A stretch of 64,000 nt of DNA from Camelus dromedarius. Lineage: Eukaryota. Under the pieces are notes generated by a model. It saw only the letters and a program-made list of their open reading frames with translations, searched no databases and was not told the origin of the DNA. The stretch covers positions 49,786,001 to 49,850,000 of the forward strand of contig NC_087451.1 in the NCBI RefSeq assembly GCF_036321535.1. The letters are read 5' to 3'. The position numbers and the translations under genes were made by a program. Shown here one piece after another: positions 46,861 to 59,194 of the stretch. The first letter of the stretch is position 1. Each line of letters begins with the position of its first letter.

Positions 46861-49809
46861 CCCCGTCACTGGGATTTCAAGACGTTAACATCGGTTTGAA
46901 GATAGTTCTAGGTCCAGACCCCCTTCTACCATGTCAGGCTGGCTTCTTCAGGGCAGGAGCTGGAAACCCACCTCCCCCCTGGACTTTCACAGAGAAAGGA
47001 GACAAGCTTTTGGATGGAGGCTATCTGGGGGAGCCTGGCTGCCCGAGCGTTTCCCTTCTGCTCACTCTCTCCACCTGCATGGCCAAGGGTGAGGGCGAGA
47101 ACCGGAGCGCAGAGCAGGCCTCCTCCACCCAGTCTTCCGACTTCGCAGTTCCTGTAGGTCGGTTGTGAGATTGCACCCAGAGCACTATTCCGTGTTATGG
47201 CAATGAGCTGCCGTGTGTCTCAGATCGTGTCGAACTAGGGGTAGCAGCCAGCCTCATTCTACCAGCTTCTTTGAAGCAAGGTACAGGTTTGAGTCAGAAA
47301 GTGTTCCTTTGAGAGAGCAAACATTGAATGTCTGCTGTGTACCTTTATGTCCTCGTCTGGTTTGGTCTCTCCATAGCCCAGTGAGGTGAGTGGTGCTACC
47401 CTCTCTTTACAGAGGTGGAAACTGAGGCCCCGGGGGGCAGGGCTTGCCCGAAGACACAAAGCAGACGGGGACCCTCTGCAGAGGGGTTTGTGTGTGTGTT
47501 TGTACACAAGGCTCCTAGGGGGCTTATGAAACGGGGCAGAGGGCCACAGGAGGTGAAGGAGTTTGGTAGCCCTTTATCCTGCCCACTCTGCTCCTGAGCA
47601 GAGGTCTGCATCCCCCTCCCTTCCTTCTCCCTGGGTCTCTCTTTTCTTGGGAACCAGAGGGACCCACTGGCGGCCTCCAGGAGTAGCAGCAGGAGGAAGT
47701 GGGTTTAGGCTGAAGGGGGTGGGGTGGGGCAGATGGAAAACCCCTCCTCCTTGCTTGCACACACTCTCTGCTCCCTTCTCCCGGCTCCCCTGGGGCCCCT
47801 GCCCTTGTGGCTGTGACTCGGCTCCAGTCCCCAGGCAGCCGGCAGTGATGGCTGGCCCCGGTGAGGCTGCACAGGCCTCACAGCTGCTCCTGGGACCAAG
47901 GGGCCTGCCTCTGAGTCACAGCCCCCCGCTGCCCCCTCTGAGTCTGGGCATCTGCACAGCCTTCATCAGGGTGGGAGGCTCTGAAGGGGGAGAAGCAGCA
48001 TCTTCCAGGAGACTCTCTCTCCGGGTGGAGATGGACAGGGCCTGGAGGAAAGAGGCACCCCACCCCTCACTGCCCACCTGACCTCAGCTTCCTGCGGTCC
48101 AGAGAAAGTTTGAGAGCTCTTCCACTCACGGCCCAGGTGTTCAGAGAGCCGGGTAGTTTTCTGGAAATATGCCAACTGTCCAGCGGCTCAGCCTGGATTC
48201 AGGCCAGGATGTCCTCTGCTCCTCTGCTGAGGGAAGTGTGCTTTAGCTTCCTAAACAGCCTGCCAACCTCAGATCCTGGGGTTCAGCTGTTTGACTTATG
48301 GGGGGTGTTCAGGAGCCTGGCTTGGAGCTTCTGGGAGAAGCCCCTTGAGGGGCATAAGCTGCCTCCCTCAAGCCCCTGGGGTGGCAGCTGGAAGGACAGG
48401 AATAATATAACCAGGAATCCTAGAATTGCTGTGGCTTCTCCAGCTGTCAGGTGCCTGGTCAAACCCCAGGGAGCATCAGAGCCCCTTGTGTGTCCATGTG
48501 GGGAGATCGGGACAGGAGGGGTCAGAACTTGGTTTTTAGGCACCACTCTTGCTTCCTCCCAGAGAGGCCTGGTCTTTGAAAATCCACTCCTAGCTTCAGC
48601 TTAAAGCCAGCCAGGTGGTGCCCTGTTTTACTTCCTGGCAATTCGTTCCTCTCTTTGTGCCTTAGTTCCCATATCTGTTAAATGGGACAAATCACACTTA
48701 CTCTAGGGTTGGTGTGAGAATAATAGCAATCAAACATTCGTGAAAATGAGTATTTCAGGTCGGGGGTGGGGGACAGTCAGGGGATGGTGTGAGGCGCGTT
48801 TTCTCTATGGGGCAAATTAGCATCCTCATTTGCAAGGCAGGGAACTGCTAGAGAAAGCTGCTACTCCTGTAACCTTGCCTCCTGACCTCAGCAGCTGCAG
48901 GCCTGGACCTAATTTATAGGGCTGTAAATATCCATGAATGGGCCGGAGTTCCCTGGTGGGCTCTGGCTGTTAGGTGGGGACAGCTCTGCTGAGCCATAAA
49001 CCCCTGGGCAGCCTTGTTAATTCCACTCTGCTCAGAAGCCTGGTAAGGATGCAGGGAGCCAGTGGATGAACCATGGTAACTCCCAGTTGGGAGGGGGGCA
49101 GCTGCCTGCACCCTCCTCTGCCCCAGCCTGCACACCATGTGGTCCTTTACCAGGGCTTTCTGTCTTGGCAGGGATGGGAGCCTTCCTTAGATTCCAGGTC
49201 CCGATCTTCCAGACCTGAGAGGTCTTCACCAGGAGGGCACCCCAGGTGCTGCCTTTGGGCTCTTTGAAAGTGCCCATACCCCCTCACTGAGCACCTGGAC
49301 TTATGTCAATCAAGAAGAGGGAGAGGGTCCTTCTGGGAGAGAGAAGGGACCGGACGTGTAATTATCCTGGACAGGAGTTTGTACAAATCACACGAACATA
49401 ATTGATATAAAATAGACTTGTTCCTTTTTTCGTTCTCTTACGCTTTGCTGCTCCTGGGTGGATTCTGAAGCCTTGGCCCTGAGGCAGGGAGGGGAAAAGT
49501 GGTGCCGCTGTCCTGGGTGCTGAGCAGGCAGATCCCAGCCCCGTGGGGCTGGTCCCTGAGAGCTCAGCTCAGCAGCCCCTTAAGCCAGTCATTGCTTCCT
49601 CGGCCTCTCCGGGGGCCTGACCCCTCCTCAACTGGCTGGAGCTTGGATCTGGCAGACTTTTAGTTTTGCTGGAGGACTCCGGACAAAATGTCAGCTGCCT
49701 GGAGGACCAGACCCACTCATGAGATGGGGGTGAAAGGCTGGTTCAGAATCACCAACAAAGGGGCCAGGTTTTACAAAAGGGAAAAATGACTCTACTGTGG
49801 ATTCATGCG

Positions 49810-50230
49810 TTTTCCCCAAAAAGTGTTCCATGGAATGCTGCTGTGAAAAAATACTGTGATCCAGTAAGTCTGGGAAATGCTGGGCTGAACAAAATCAGGA
49901 AGGCTTCTCCACTGTAAGATCTTGAAGAACCCTTCATATGTTTTTTGTTTGTTTTTGTGTGTGTGTTTTTAAAAAATATTTTATTTATTTATTATTGCAC
50001 TATTTAATTATTTTATTTTGGCAGGGATAGGGGAAGTAATTAGGTTTATTTATTTTTAGAGGAGGTACTGGGGATTGAACCCAGGACCTCATGCATGCTA
50101 AGCATGTGCTCTACCACTTGGGCTATACCCTCCCCTCACCATATGGTTTTATGCATCATACCCTTCCAAAAGGGTTCCCCAAACTTATGGGACCGCAGAA
50201 CCCTTATTTCAATGCCCCTTCTTGGGCCTG
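49810..50230. mobile_element. Charlie4-like hAT element, interrupted by a SINE
   Basis: gtgttccatggaa..agtaagtctgggaaatgctggg..ttccccaaacttatgggaccgcagaaccc. Confidence 0.55.
49946..50139 (-). mobile_element. vic-1-like SINE, long form with extended tail
   Basis: tRNA-Ala head, ggaagtaattagg module; TSD catatgttttt (49935-49945) / catatggtttt (50140-50150). Confidence 0.85.
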
Positions 50231-50654
50231 GTGTTCCACAAAACACACATCGAGAGACCCTGGGCCAGTTCTATTTTGTATAACTGAACAGGACAGAGAA
50301 AAACAAGAAAGAGCAAGGCTGGACCAGCCACCCAGTGGAGGAACCCTGAACTGTTCCCATCTTGACCACTAACTTGCCCTCTGTACCTGTTTCCCCGTCC
50401 ATAAAATGAGCGCGATGCCTCACACACAGTCACTCCTTAGTAAATACGTGTTCAGTGAACGGATGGGAGGACCGAACTGGGAGTCTCTCAAACTCTTGCC
50501 TCCTAATGATGGGAGAGTGCAGGCCCCTCCACCTGGATGTAAACCCATCTGCACCAGTTACCAGCTCTTCAAACTTGGGCAGCTTGGCTTTTGATGCCTC
50601 GTTTTTCTCCCATGTAAACAGCACCTACCTCATAGGGTTGTTGTGAGGTTTAAA

Positions 50655-50788
50655 TGGGGGGACCACGTAATTTATTATCCAAATTGGGACAGTGTGGGGT
50701 GGGAGAAAGGGGCACTGGTAATAGTCATGCTCAGACAGTAGGTGTAAACCATGACTGTCTCAGACAAATCAGGACATAGGGGGACCCG
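50655..50788. mobile_element. MER94-like hAT-Blackjack element
   Basis: gggaccacgtaatttattatccaaattgggaca..gtaaaccatgactgtctcagacaaatcaggacata. Confidence 0.65.
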
Positions 50789-53439
50789 AGGTTTCAGTGA
50801 GGTGGCCCCTGACACCTAGCAGGCGTTCTGCATATACAGCTACTGTTGTGTTGCTGTTCAGCCGGTGGGATGCGGAAGGCTAGTACATAGAACACTTCAG
50901 AAAGCAGCTGCTCTGGCTGAGGACCAAGGGGGGCTGCTCGGCGACCCCCTCCCCACCTCTCTGGATGTCCCCCACCACCTAGGACTCTGCAGAGCAGCTT
51001 AAAAACCACTGAGTTCCTTTCGGCTCTCCTGGACCATGAGTTATCATTTCCTGACCTGCTGCCCTTCTCTGAGGTGTCCCCAGCTCCCTCTGACAGCACA
51101 GACCTCACTGCTGTAAGTGAGCTGCCTCATCCTGACCCCGAGTTTCCCATCAGCCCTTTGACTGAGTGAGGATGCAAAATTGAAGATCGACTGCCCCCCG
51201 TGGGCTGTCTGGGTTGTGGATTTCTCTTTCCCCAAACCCCGTTTGCATATTGGGGGTGCTTGTGTGTGCAGAGCTGGGAGTGGACCCCCTTCCGTCTCCC
51301 TGAGAAGGGAGAGTTCCTACCATGTAATTGATGAAGAAACTGAGGCAACGTGGTTAATGATCTGCCCAAGATGGCATAATAGCTGGGGGGGGGGCATCTT
51401 TCCTGAACTCTCCCCCAAATCCTCCCCCTGGCTGGCGATAAGGCAGAGAGAATTTGGTGGGTCCTTTCTGAGCCAAGGTCAAAAGTGCGCCAGGAGGGGG
51501 CCCAGGCTGGGAGATGGGGTATACAGCAGAGCCTGTGTGGGGCCCCGGGCAGGAGGAAACTGGTGACCTAGAGGATTAAGGGGCCAGAGGGCTGGGTGCT
51601 GGTGGGATTAAGCGGCCCAGAGCCTCAGTCTCACAGCTCTTTTCAAGGCCAAGGCAGGTGGGCGGGAGCTGTGGGAGGGTCACTCCTAACTTTGTGCCTT
51701 CCTCCTCTTCTGCGCCAGAAGCTCCACGCAGGCTGAATGTGGACTTGCCCCCGCCCCCCACTCCCCTGACAGCGCTGGGAGTCAGCTATTCAGGAGGCAG
51801 CTGCGAGGATGCTCCCGACTCTTGGCTCCCCTCCGCGGGGCCCCTGCCTGCCTGTCTGAGGCCCTTTCAGCCCCATTCCTCCTGCTGCCCTACCACCCCC
51901 AGACTAACCCCAGTCAGGCTGTCTCCAGCCCACCCAGCCTAGACCTCATCCTGAGAGCATCCTCCTGTCCAAAGTGGGTGAATTCAGGACATGGAGCACC
52001 CAGGACGGGGAGCTTCAGGGCCTTTAGCACACCATTAACGAGGAAATTACATTTGTAAGGTTTGTTTCCCCCAAAGTTCCAAACAAACCATGGTGCTAGT
52101 ATGATCCTGTCCCCATGGCTGCCCTTGAGGGGGCCCAAAGGTGTGTCCCGGAGGGTCTGCCAAGCCTCCATGACACCAGTGCTCCCTCCAGGCTTTAATG
52201 AGGCAAGTGGAACCGGACAGAGTCCGGGCGGCCTCAGTGGTAAGTGGCTGAGACACGAATGGGGTTTACCTTGCTCCTTGCAGCCTCTTTTAGAAGCTCT
52301 TAGCTTCCTTCTGGGGCAGTGGGACCCACCTTTCTCCACCTTCTGCACAAATCCTCTCTCCGTGTTTCTTTTTGTCTCCCTATCCTTCTCTCTGTCCACC
52401 TCCCTCCACCCCCAACCCCACCCTGGCCAGCTTTTGCTCTTGCCCTCAACTTCCCAGGTGTTGAGGGGGATGGAAGGTGTCCTGTGTTCCTCTGTGGAGC
52501 CCAGACAGCCGGCCCCTCTCTGCCTCCCACTACCCCCAGTCACCCTCCTTCATCCCTGAGGCCTCATTATTAGGGTAGCGATGACCCTCCATTGTCTGGC
52601 CTGTCTGGCCCTGGCATGAAAGGTGGAGTTTTGGCAGAGAAGGGAGGCTCGGCCTGATTCCAGCTCCTTCTCTGCTGTCTGGAGCCTGAGATGTGCTTGG
52701 GGCAGGACTGGCAGGCCCTAGTGGGGGGCGGGAGGAGGAGCCACAGCGCGGGCCCCTGTCACTCGGAAGACAGCAGGGAGCCCTGGTGGGGGCGGGAGAG
52801 CAGGGGAGCAGGTGGTTCTTTGTCTGGAGCTGGAGCGAGGGAGAGGGGCCCTTGCCTGATCCCGGCCCCTGCACCCCGCTGCCCCCCTGAGCCTCCAACG
52901 GCCCCTAGGAGCGCATTGGCTTCCTCCCCCAGGCTGGGGCAGGAGAGGCTCCCTGCTGTGTGAAGCCCACTGTCCCCTGTGGTGCTCACCAGGGGACGGC
53001 TGGGGAGGCGTGGATTTTCCCAGGGCTCCAGGCTGCTTCTCTACCTCCACCCACATCAGCGCCCCCCCAGTACAAAGGCCACGTGGGACCAGAAGAGGCC
53101 AGGCTGGGGAGTCCCCATGGCCAGTGCCAGTGCCAGTGCCAGCCTGTGGGGATGGGAGGGGTCCCAGGTACCAGAGAAGGAGACTTCCTGGCTTCCGTGA
53201 CCACTTTGCCTCTCCGGGTGTCATTTCCTTACCTGAGGAAGGAGATCAGAACCATTGCTGTCTGAGGCTCTTTCCTGCTTTAAAAATCTGTTTAGAGTGG
53301 GCCTGTGGGGCTCCCGAAGCCGCCTCCTCTTCTGGGTCTGCACGCACATCTTCGATCCTGACATTTTGCTTCTGAGCAGCAGAGCAGGCCCTGATGCTGG
53401 GGTCAGCAGCAGCCGGCGGGCTGGGAGGCTGTGCAGGCT

Positions 53440-53610
53440 TGTCACTTAACCTCTCTGTGCCCATTTTCCTGGGCCTCCACTTCCTCATCTGTAACATGGG
53501 CACAATCATAGGACTGACTCATGAGGTTGCTGTCAGGGGTCAAAGAAATCATTTGCGTAAAAAGTGCTTGGAATGGTGTTTGGCCTCATGAAAACACTCA
53601 GCAAATATTT
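53440..53610 (+). mobile_element. MIR SINE
   Basis: cacttaacctctctgtgcc..cacttcctcatctgtaacatggg..catgaggttgctg. Confidence 0.75.
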
Positions 53611-55157
53611 GATGTTTTTACTCTTCAGAATCTTTCTGGAGCAGGGGTAGGTGAGTTTCCTGAAATACTCAATGGCGTGAACCAAATCGGTGTCATCCCT
53701 GAAGTTTGGCATTTTTGCTGGAGCGTGGGGGACACATGTAGGTTCCTCAACAGGCCTCCTTAGAGATGGCTTCTCAGGTCGAGTTCTGGGGAGAATTGAA
53801 ATGGTCAGGACTTGTGACTCTTGGCTGTTTCTCCTGGATTGTCTTTGAGAGGCTGCACCCAGAATCAGCCTAAAATAGTCTTCACTGACCTTATCCAGAA
53901 AAGGGGGAGACGTTGGTTTGGCCTTCCGGGCTCCCTTGTCATGCACACGTGGACGTTGACAGTGTCTGTTTGCCTTTTAAAACCTAAGCATCCCACGGCA
54001 GCGTCTCCAAGTGTGGTGAGTGCATGGGGAAGCACTTTACGAGGAGGACCAGCCTTGGCATCGCTGGGAGACCGCTTGCGTCTTTTTCTAGCAGGATGTG
54101 TGCTGGGGTGGGGGTGGAAGTCAGGTGGGTGCTGTGAGGAAAGAGGGGCTATGGAAGAGGGACAGAGTGGTGCGGGTTGCTTTGGGAGAGATGAGTAAGC
54201 CCCTTTTCTCACTGAACCCATGAGCCTTTCTCTGTAAAATGAGTACCTGCCTCTTCACCTGAACCTGCACTCACTCCACAAATCTCCACTAAGTGTCAGT
54301 TATGCTGGGCTCTGTGCTAAGGCCTGGGGACAAGTTGTGATGCCAGCCTTCAAGGAACGGGCAGTCCAGAGAGGCGCTGAAAATAATAAGAGGACAGTGC
54401 AGGGCGGAGGCCGGAGGGCTGTCCGAGGTCCGGGGCGGGCAGACCGCGTGTGAGGGAAGGCTTCCTGGAGGCCCAACACCTGGTTAGTTAGAAAGTGTGA
54501 TCGTGATCGGAGTCTCCCAGGGAGACACGAGGCAGGGAAGTGAGCCCTAGGCAGAGGCTCCCACGTGTGCAGAGCTGCACAGGGCAAAAGGGCAAAGTCA
54601 AAAACCGACCAAACACCCCGAGCGCGCGTCTTCGGGGGGCGCCCCGCTTGGCGGTGTGCGCAGGGCTGTGGGGTGTGCGTGGGTGCGGGGGTGGGGGTGG
54701 AGCCCGAGCCCGCAGCCAGATGTGGAAGGACCGCCCGGGCTGTGCTCCCAGCTCCCCGGGGTCTCGTGCCTTCCCCACTCGGCCCCTCTGGACCAGGCCC
54801 CAGATTTCCTTATCTTCCTCCACTCATCACTTCTTCATTCCTGCTTTCCTCTTGTCCAGGGTCGGCAGTAAGGGCAGGGATTAACCTCTCTGAGCGTGCG
54901 TTTCCTTCCCTACGCGGGAGACACCGGGTTGGGCGATCTCAAAGGTCTCCGGGGCTTTCTAGGGTTGTAAGTGGTTGTCCCCGCTATTTGAATGTTTCCC
55001 ATGGGCGCCTTGGAAACATCCCAGATGCCGCCTGGGCCTCTGTTGGCAGAGGGGTTGGGAGCCCTAAGTGGTGATGGAGGCGGGGCAGGCGCATGCGGCA
55101 GTGCGGGGGAGGGGCGGAGCCCTGCTGACCCCGCTGCTGTGTGTGTTTCTCCCTCAG

Positions 55158-55316
55158 TTTGACCCTGGGAAAACGGGCTACATCAGCACAGGCAAGTTCC
55201 GGAGCCTCCTGGAGAGCCACAGCTCCAAGCTGGACCCGCACAAGAGGGAGGTGCTCCTGGCTCTCGCCGACAGCCAGGCCAATGGGCAGATCTGCTACCA
55301 GGATTTTGTCAACCTG
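55158..55316 (+). CDS. RHBDL3: RHBDL3 coding exon 3 (EF-hand-like region, FDPGKTGYISTGKF..ICYQDFVNL)
   Basis: Acceptor ctccctcag, donor CTG|GTGAGC; 53 codons matching RHBDL3. Confidence 0.95.
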
Positions 55317-57149
55317 GTGAGCACTCTGGGGCCCTCGCCGCTGGGAGGGGCCTGTTTGGGGTGTGGCTTAGAGGGTTCTTTTGGATAATTAAAGGCATCC
55401 GTTGGCCTGCAGCGTTGAAAAAGTCCAGGCTTCGGCAGTTGAAAGGAAATCACCAAGAAAAAGAAGCTTCTGGCAATTCCAGACCCCCCACTGTAGCAGC
55501 AAAGTGGCTGCAGCTGTTCCAGCCCTCAGCAGGAGGCCTGGGATTTCCCGCCTCCCATTGGCCTCGATTAGGCCAGTGGGATGTGCTCATTGGCTCAAAC
55601 CAATCAGTGCCCACCCCTGGAGCTGCCAGTGGGGTCAGTTCCGCCTAAATGAAGGGCTGGGAGTGGGAGGTGGGAGGTTATTGTTGGCAGGAGAGGAGCC
55701 GGGGAGCGATGTTCGGAGGATCAGACCAGACCTTTCAGGAGCGATGGGGCTTGTGGGTTAAGGCTGGAGCTCATCAGACGTGCTGGCAGATGTCCTGCGT
55801 TGGTGGAGGGGCTGGAGGCAGGAGGCCCATGAATCCTGCACAGTGGTCTGATGTCTTGGAGATAGGACTTTTTCCTCACCGGGGGTTCCTGCTATGCTGT
55901 TCTGGGGGCTACTGCAGTGGGATTGGAGTGGGGATCAGTGGGGTTAAGCAGGAAGCATCCCACTCTGGGATGGGTGGGGTATGTGTGGAAGCTTCGTGAA
56001 CCAGCAGGATGAACACAAGGCCAGAAGTCTCCACTTAGTTTCCCTATTCGTGGTACGGAGACTGTCACCTCTCTTCTTGTCACCCATTAAGTGACTGATG
56101 TGAAGTCCCCAGGCTCCTAGAATTCAGAGGTATCAGTGATGGAGGACCCAGGACCTGCCATTGTGCTGGGTTTGGGGTTATTTTCATTGCCTCTTGACTA
56201 AGGATCTGCCTTTGCCCAGAGGTTAGCATGATTGCAGGGAGCAGCTGTAGAGCTTTTAGTGGTGAAGGAATCTGCTGTTCTGAGTGGACCCAGGGAGCAA
56301 ACCTCGAAGGTGGGGGCCAGAGCTCAGTTAAACAGGGGGACTGGCGGGATCCAGGGGTGGGCAGTGGAGGTGAGCCCTGTGGCTGGACCAGGCCACGGGT
56401 TTGAGCCTTCATTGGCTCATCCACAGCCCCAGCACCAGCGTGTTTGCTGCGTGCCCTGCTGCAGGGCTCAGTGCGTGAGCTGCTTCTCCAGCCAGGGGTC
56501 CGTGGAGTCCTCTGTGGGAACTCACAACAGCAGATTACTTGTTACCATCAAGATTACAGTGTTTGAATTCTGAGCTGGAGTGGGCAGCCATGGCTTGGGT
56601 TCCTGTGGGCAGGGCTGCCCTGGAGACCAGCACTAAGAAGGGGATCTCCTGGTGGAAGCTCTGGGCCGGGCGGAGAGCTCGCGGGCTGGAGTCGGGGGAA
56701 CCTGTCCTGCTCCAGGCTCTGCCTTTGCCACTCAGTGGGAAAGAGCCTGTTTTCCATTTGTGGAATGAAGCCAAAGGATACCCTCTTCAGGGTTGTGGCA
56801 AGGATTAAATAAGATGAAGTATTTGAAAGTTTTTGTTGTCTCTGATGTTCTTTTACCAGATTAACTCCTCTGCATCGTTTGTGAGCCCCTCCCCATCCCA
56901 ACCCAGGCAGAACAAACCAACCTTATCCAGAGACCACATAGTGCTTTGTGCAAGCCTCTCTTATAGCAGAGACCACGTTGTTACAGCTGAGTGGCCAGGG
57001 TTATCATGTACGGGTGTGCAGGTTGTGGACTGTACAAGAAGGATACTGGGCAGAGATGAATGAGAACTGGAATGTGACCTGAGCTTTGTTCAGCAAGGCC
57101 TGGAAAAGGTGTATCCACCGAAGAAGAGACTCACTTATCTGATTGGCAC

Positions 57150-57280
57150 AAAAGCGCCATCTGGGTTTGAATCCTAACTCTGATGTACTAACTATGGGTC
57201 CCTGAGAAAATTACTTTCCCTCTCCAAGCTCTTGTCCCCATCTTTATAATGTGGGGATAATATGCACCACATAACAAAGA
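57150..57280 (+). mobile_element. MIR SINE
   Basis: ctgggtttgaatcctaactctg..aaaattactttccctctcc..ccccatctttataatgtggggataat. Confidence 0.7.
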
Positions 57281-58969
57281 TGATGTCCTCTTTTGCTGCT
57301 GTTTATCCATCTGTCTGTCCTGTAAGCTCCATGAGGCCAGAGACCAGGGCTGCTACTGTGCCCAGCACAGTTCTGGGCACACCAGGGCGCAGGTGAAGGG
57401 TGAGTGTGCATGTGCACGCACTGCTTCTCCTGTACGCGTGCTGAGCTCCTCCCCACCATGGGTCTTCCGGGTGTGTGTTTGTGAGTGTGTGTGCAGTGCA
57501 GGCCCGTGAGCACGTGCATACCCGGGGACTAGGGGACCGGATGGAAAGAGTGGCTACAAACTAATTTGACGACGTGATCCTGTCTCGGGCTTGCAGTGAA
57601 CGTGGAGCTCCAAGCCCTGCCTGCGTTTCCAGAACCGCCAAGCCACTGAGAACCAGATGCAAGCTTTGCAGACATGGGGTGGGGGTGGGGGGTGAGAACA
57701 GGGAGTCATTGGAAGGGGTCATCCGGGAAGGCCTGCTGGAGAGGCGAGCCTTTGGCTGGATTTTGAAGGTGCTTACAGAACCCAGGAGAAGGGAGGGGAT
57801 GCTGCAGATGGAGGCTTATTCCACTTGGCCTGGTCTGAACCCAGCTTCTCCCCAGCTCCCTTCCCCCGTCAGGGCTTCAAAGCCCTGTGCTTTGGTCTGC
57901 CTGGCTTACCTCCGCAGCCCGGTCTGGACTCCTGCCTTCAGGTGAATGCAGCCTAATGTCACTGCTGAGCCCACAGTCTCAGGAATACATTGGCAATCCA
58001 CACCCAGAGATCATGAGACAGCTATCCAGGCAGCACAGTGGGCTCTGGAGCTGGGAGAGCCACATCTCTAGGACATCTCCCCGTTAGAAGGGTCTAGAGT
58101 GTGGTCACAGAGGGCAGGTGGAAGGTAACGGAGGCCTCGGGAGGCTGAAAGTCAGCAGGGATGCCTCTGGTCTCTGGGAGTTGGGCTAACCACTGGGCGA
58201 GGCAGCCAGGACTCTGCTGGGGGTGGGGTTAGTCCTTGGGCCCCCTGAGCCTCGCAACTCCCTTGAAGGCACTCAGGAGGGATGACCTTCCACAAGCACA
58301 GCCTTAGGTTCTGGCTCTGGGGACCTCCCTGCAAACTCACTTATCTAACCAAGGGCTGCCTGCCTCTTCCCAAGCTGAGGATATTGACTGCTACTTATCC
58401 TTCAGTTCTCACTCATACCACCTCCTCCAGAAAGCCCTCCCTGACCACCATGGGCCAGGGTTGGGCTCCCTCCTGTGTATTCCAGCGGCACCTTCACTTG
58501 GAACCATGACTGCTGGTTGCTTATCTGTCTTGAGCACCACTGCGTCCCCTGCATTGGCAGTGTGCCTGACACTTAGCAGTTGTTCAGGAAATGATGATGG
58601 GTGATGGAGGGGTCTGTGGAAGGGAGGTATGGTGAACATGAGTACAGGCCCTGGAGCCTTACTGGTTTTGGACTTGACGGATTCCTGAAACTCTATGTTC
58701 TTCAGTCTCCTCACCAAGAGAACAGGGATGTTCGTGGTCTGTATCTAGCAGGTGGAGTAGTTGCCTCAAATGAGCGAAGCTACAAAGTGCTTAGGACAAC
58801 CCCTGACACTGAAGGGCTCTGTGAATATTGCTTCCTGTAACTATGACAGAAGAAAGAGGAAGGTGGGATGAGGCCTGGCTGATCTCAGGAATGGGCTGGC
58901 TGAGAAATGGGTCGGGGCTCTCCCCAGACCCCAGTGCTGACCCCCTCCTCCTCCCTGTTCCCGGTGTAG

Positions 58970-59194
58970 ATGAGCAACAAGCGGTCCAACAGCTTCCGCC
59001 AGGCCATCCTGCAGGGGAACCGTCGGCTCTGCAGCAAGGCCCTGCTGGAGGAGAAGGGGCTGAACCTCTCCCAGCGGCTGATCCGCCACGTGGCCTACGA
59101 GACCCTGCCCCGGGAGATTGACCGGAAGTGGTACTACGACAGCTACACCTGCTGCCCCCCGCCCTGGTTCATGATCACAGTCACACTGCTGGAG
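58970..59194 (+). CDS. RHBDL3: RHBDL3 coding exon 4 (MSNKRSNSFRQ..CCPPPWFMITVTLLE)
   Basis: 75 codons matching RHBDL3; acceptor ggtgtag with branch point ctgac; non-canonical donor GAG|GCAAGG. Confidence 0.93.

Noticed and set aside
53120-53142. (GCCAGT) x ~4 hexamer repeat, and the TC/CA repeats near 27080-27130
   Set aside because: Ordinary short microsatellites; no spacer structure, so not CRISPR-like.
54415-54435. Partial REST/RE1-like site (gctgtccgaggtcc)
   Set aside because: Only the GGACAG half matches; key positions of the CAGCACC half are mismatched.
57146-57166. CTCF-like core GCGCCATCTG
   Set aside because: The 5' CC of the motif is missing and it abuts a MIR; cannot be supported without ChIP data.
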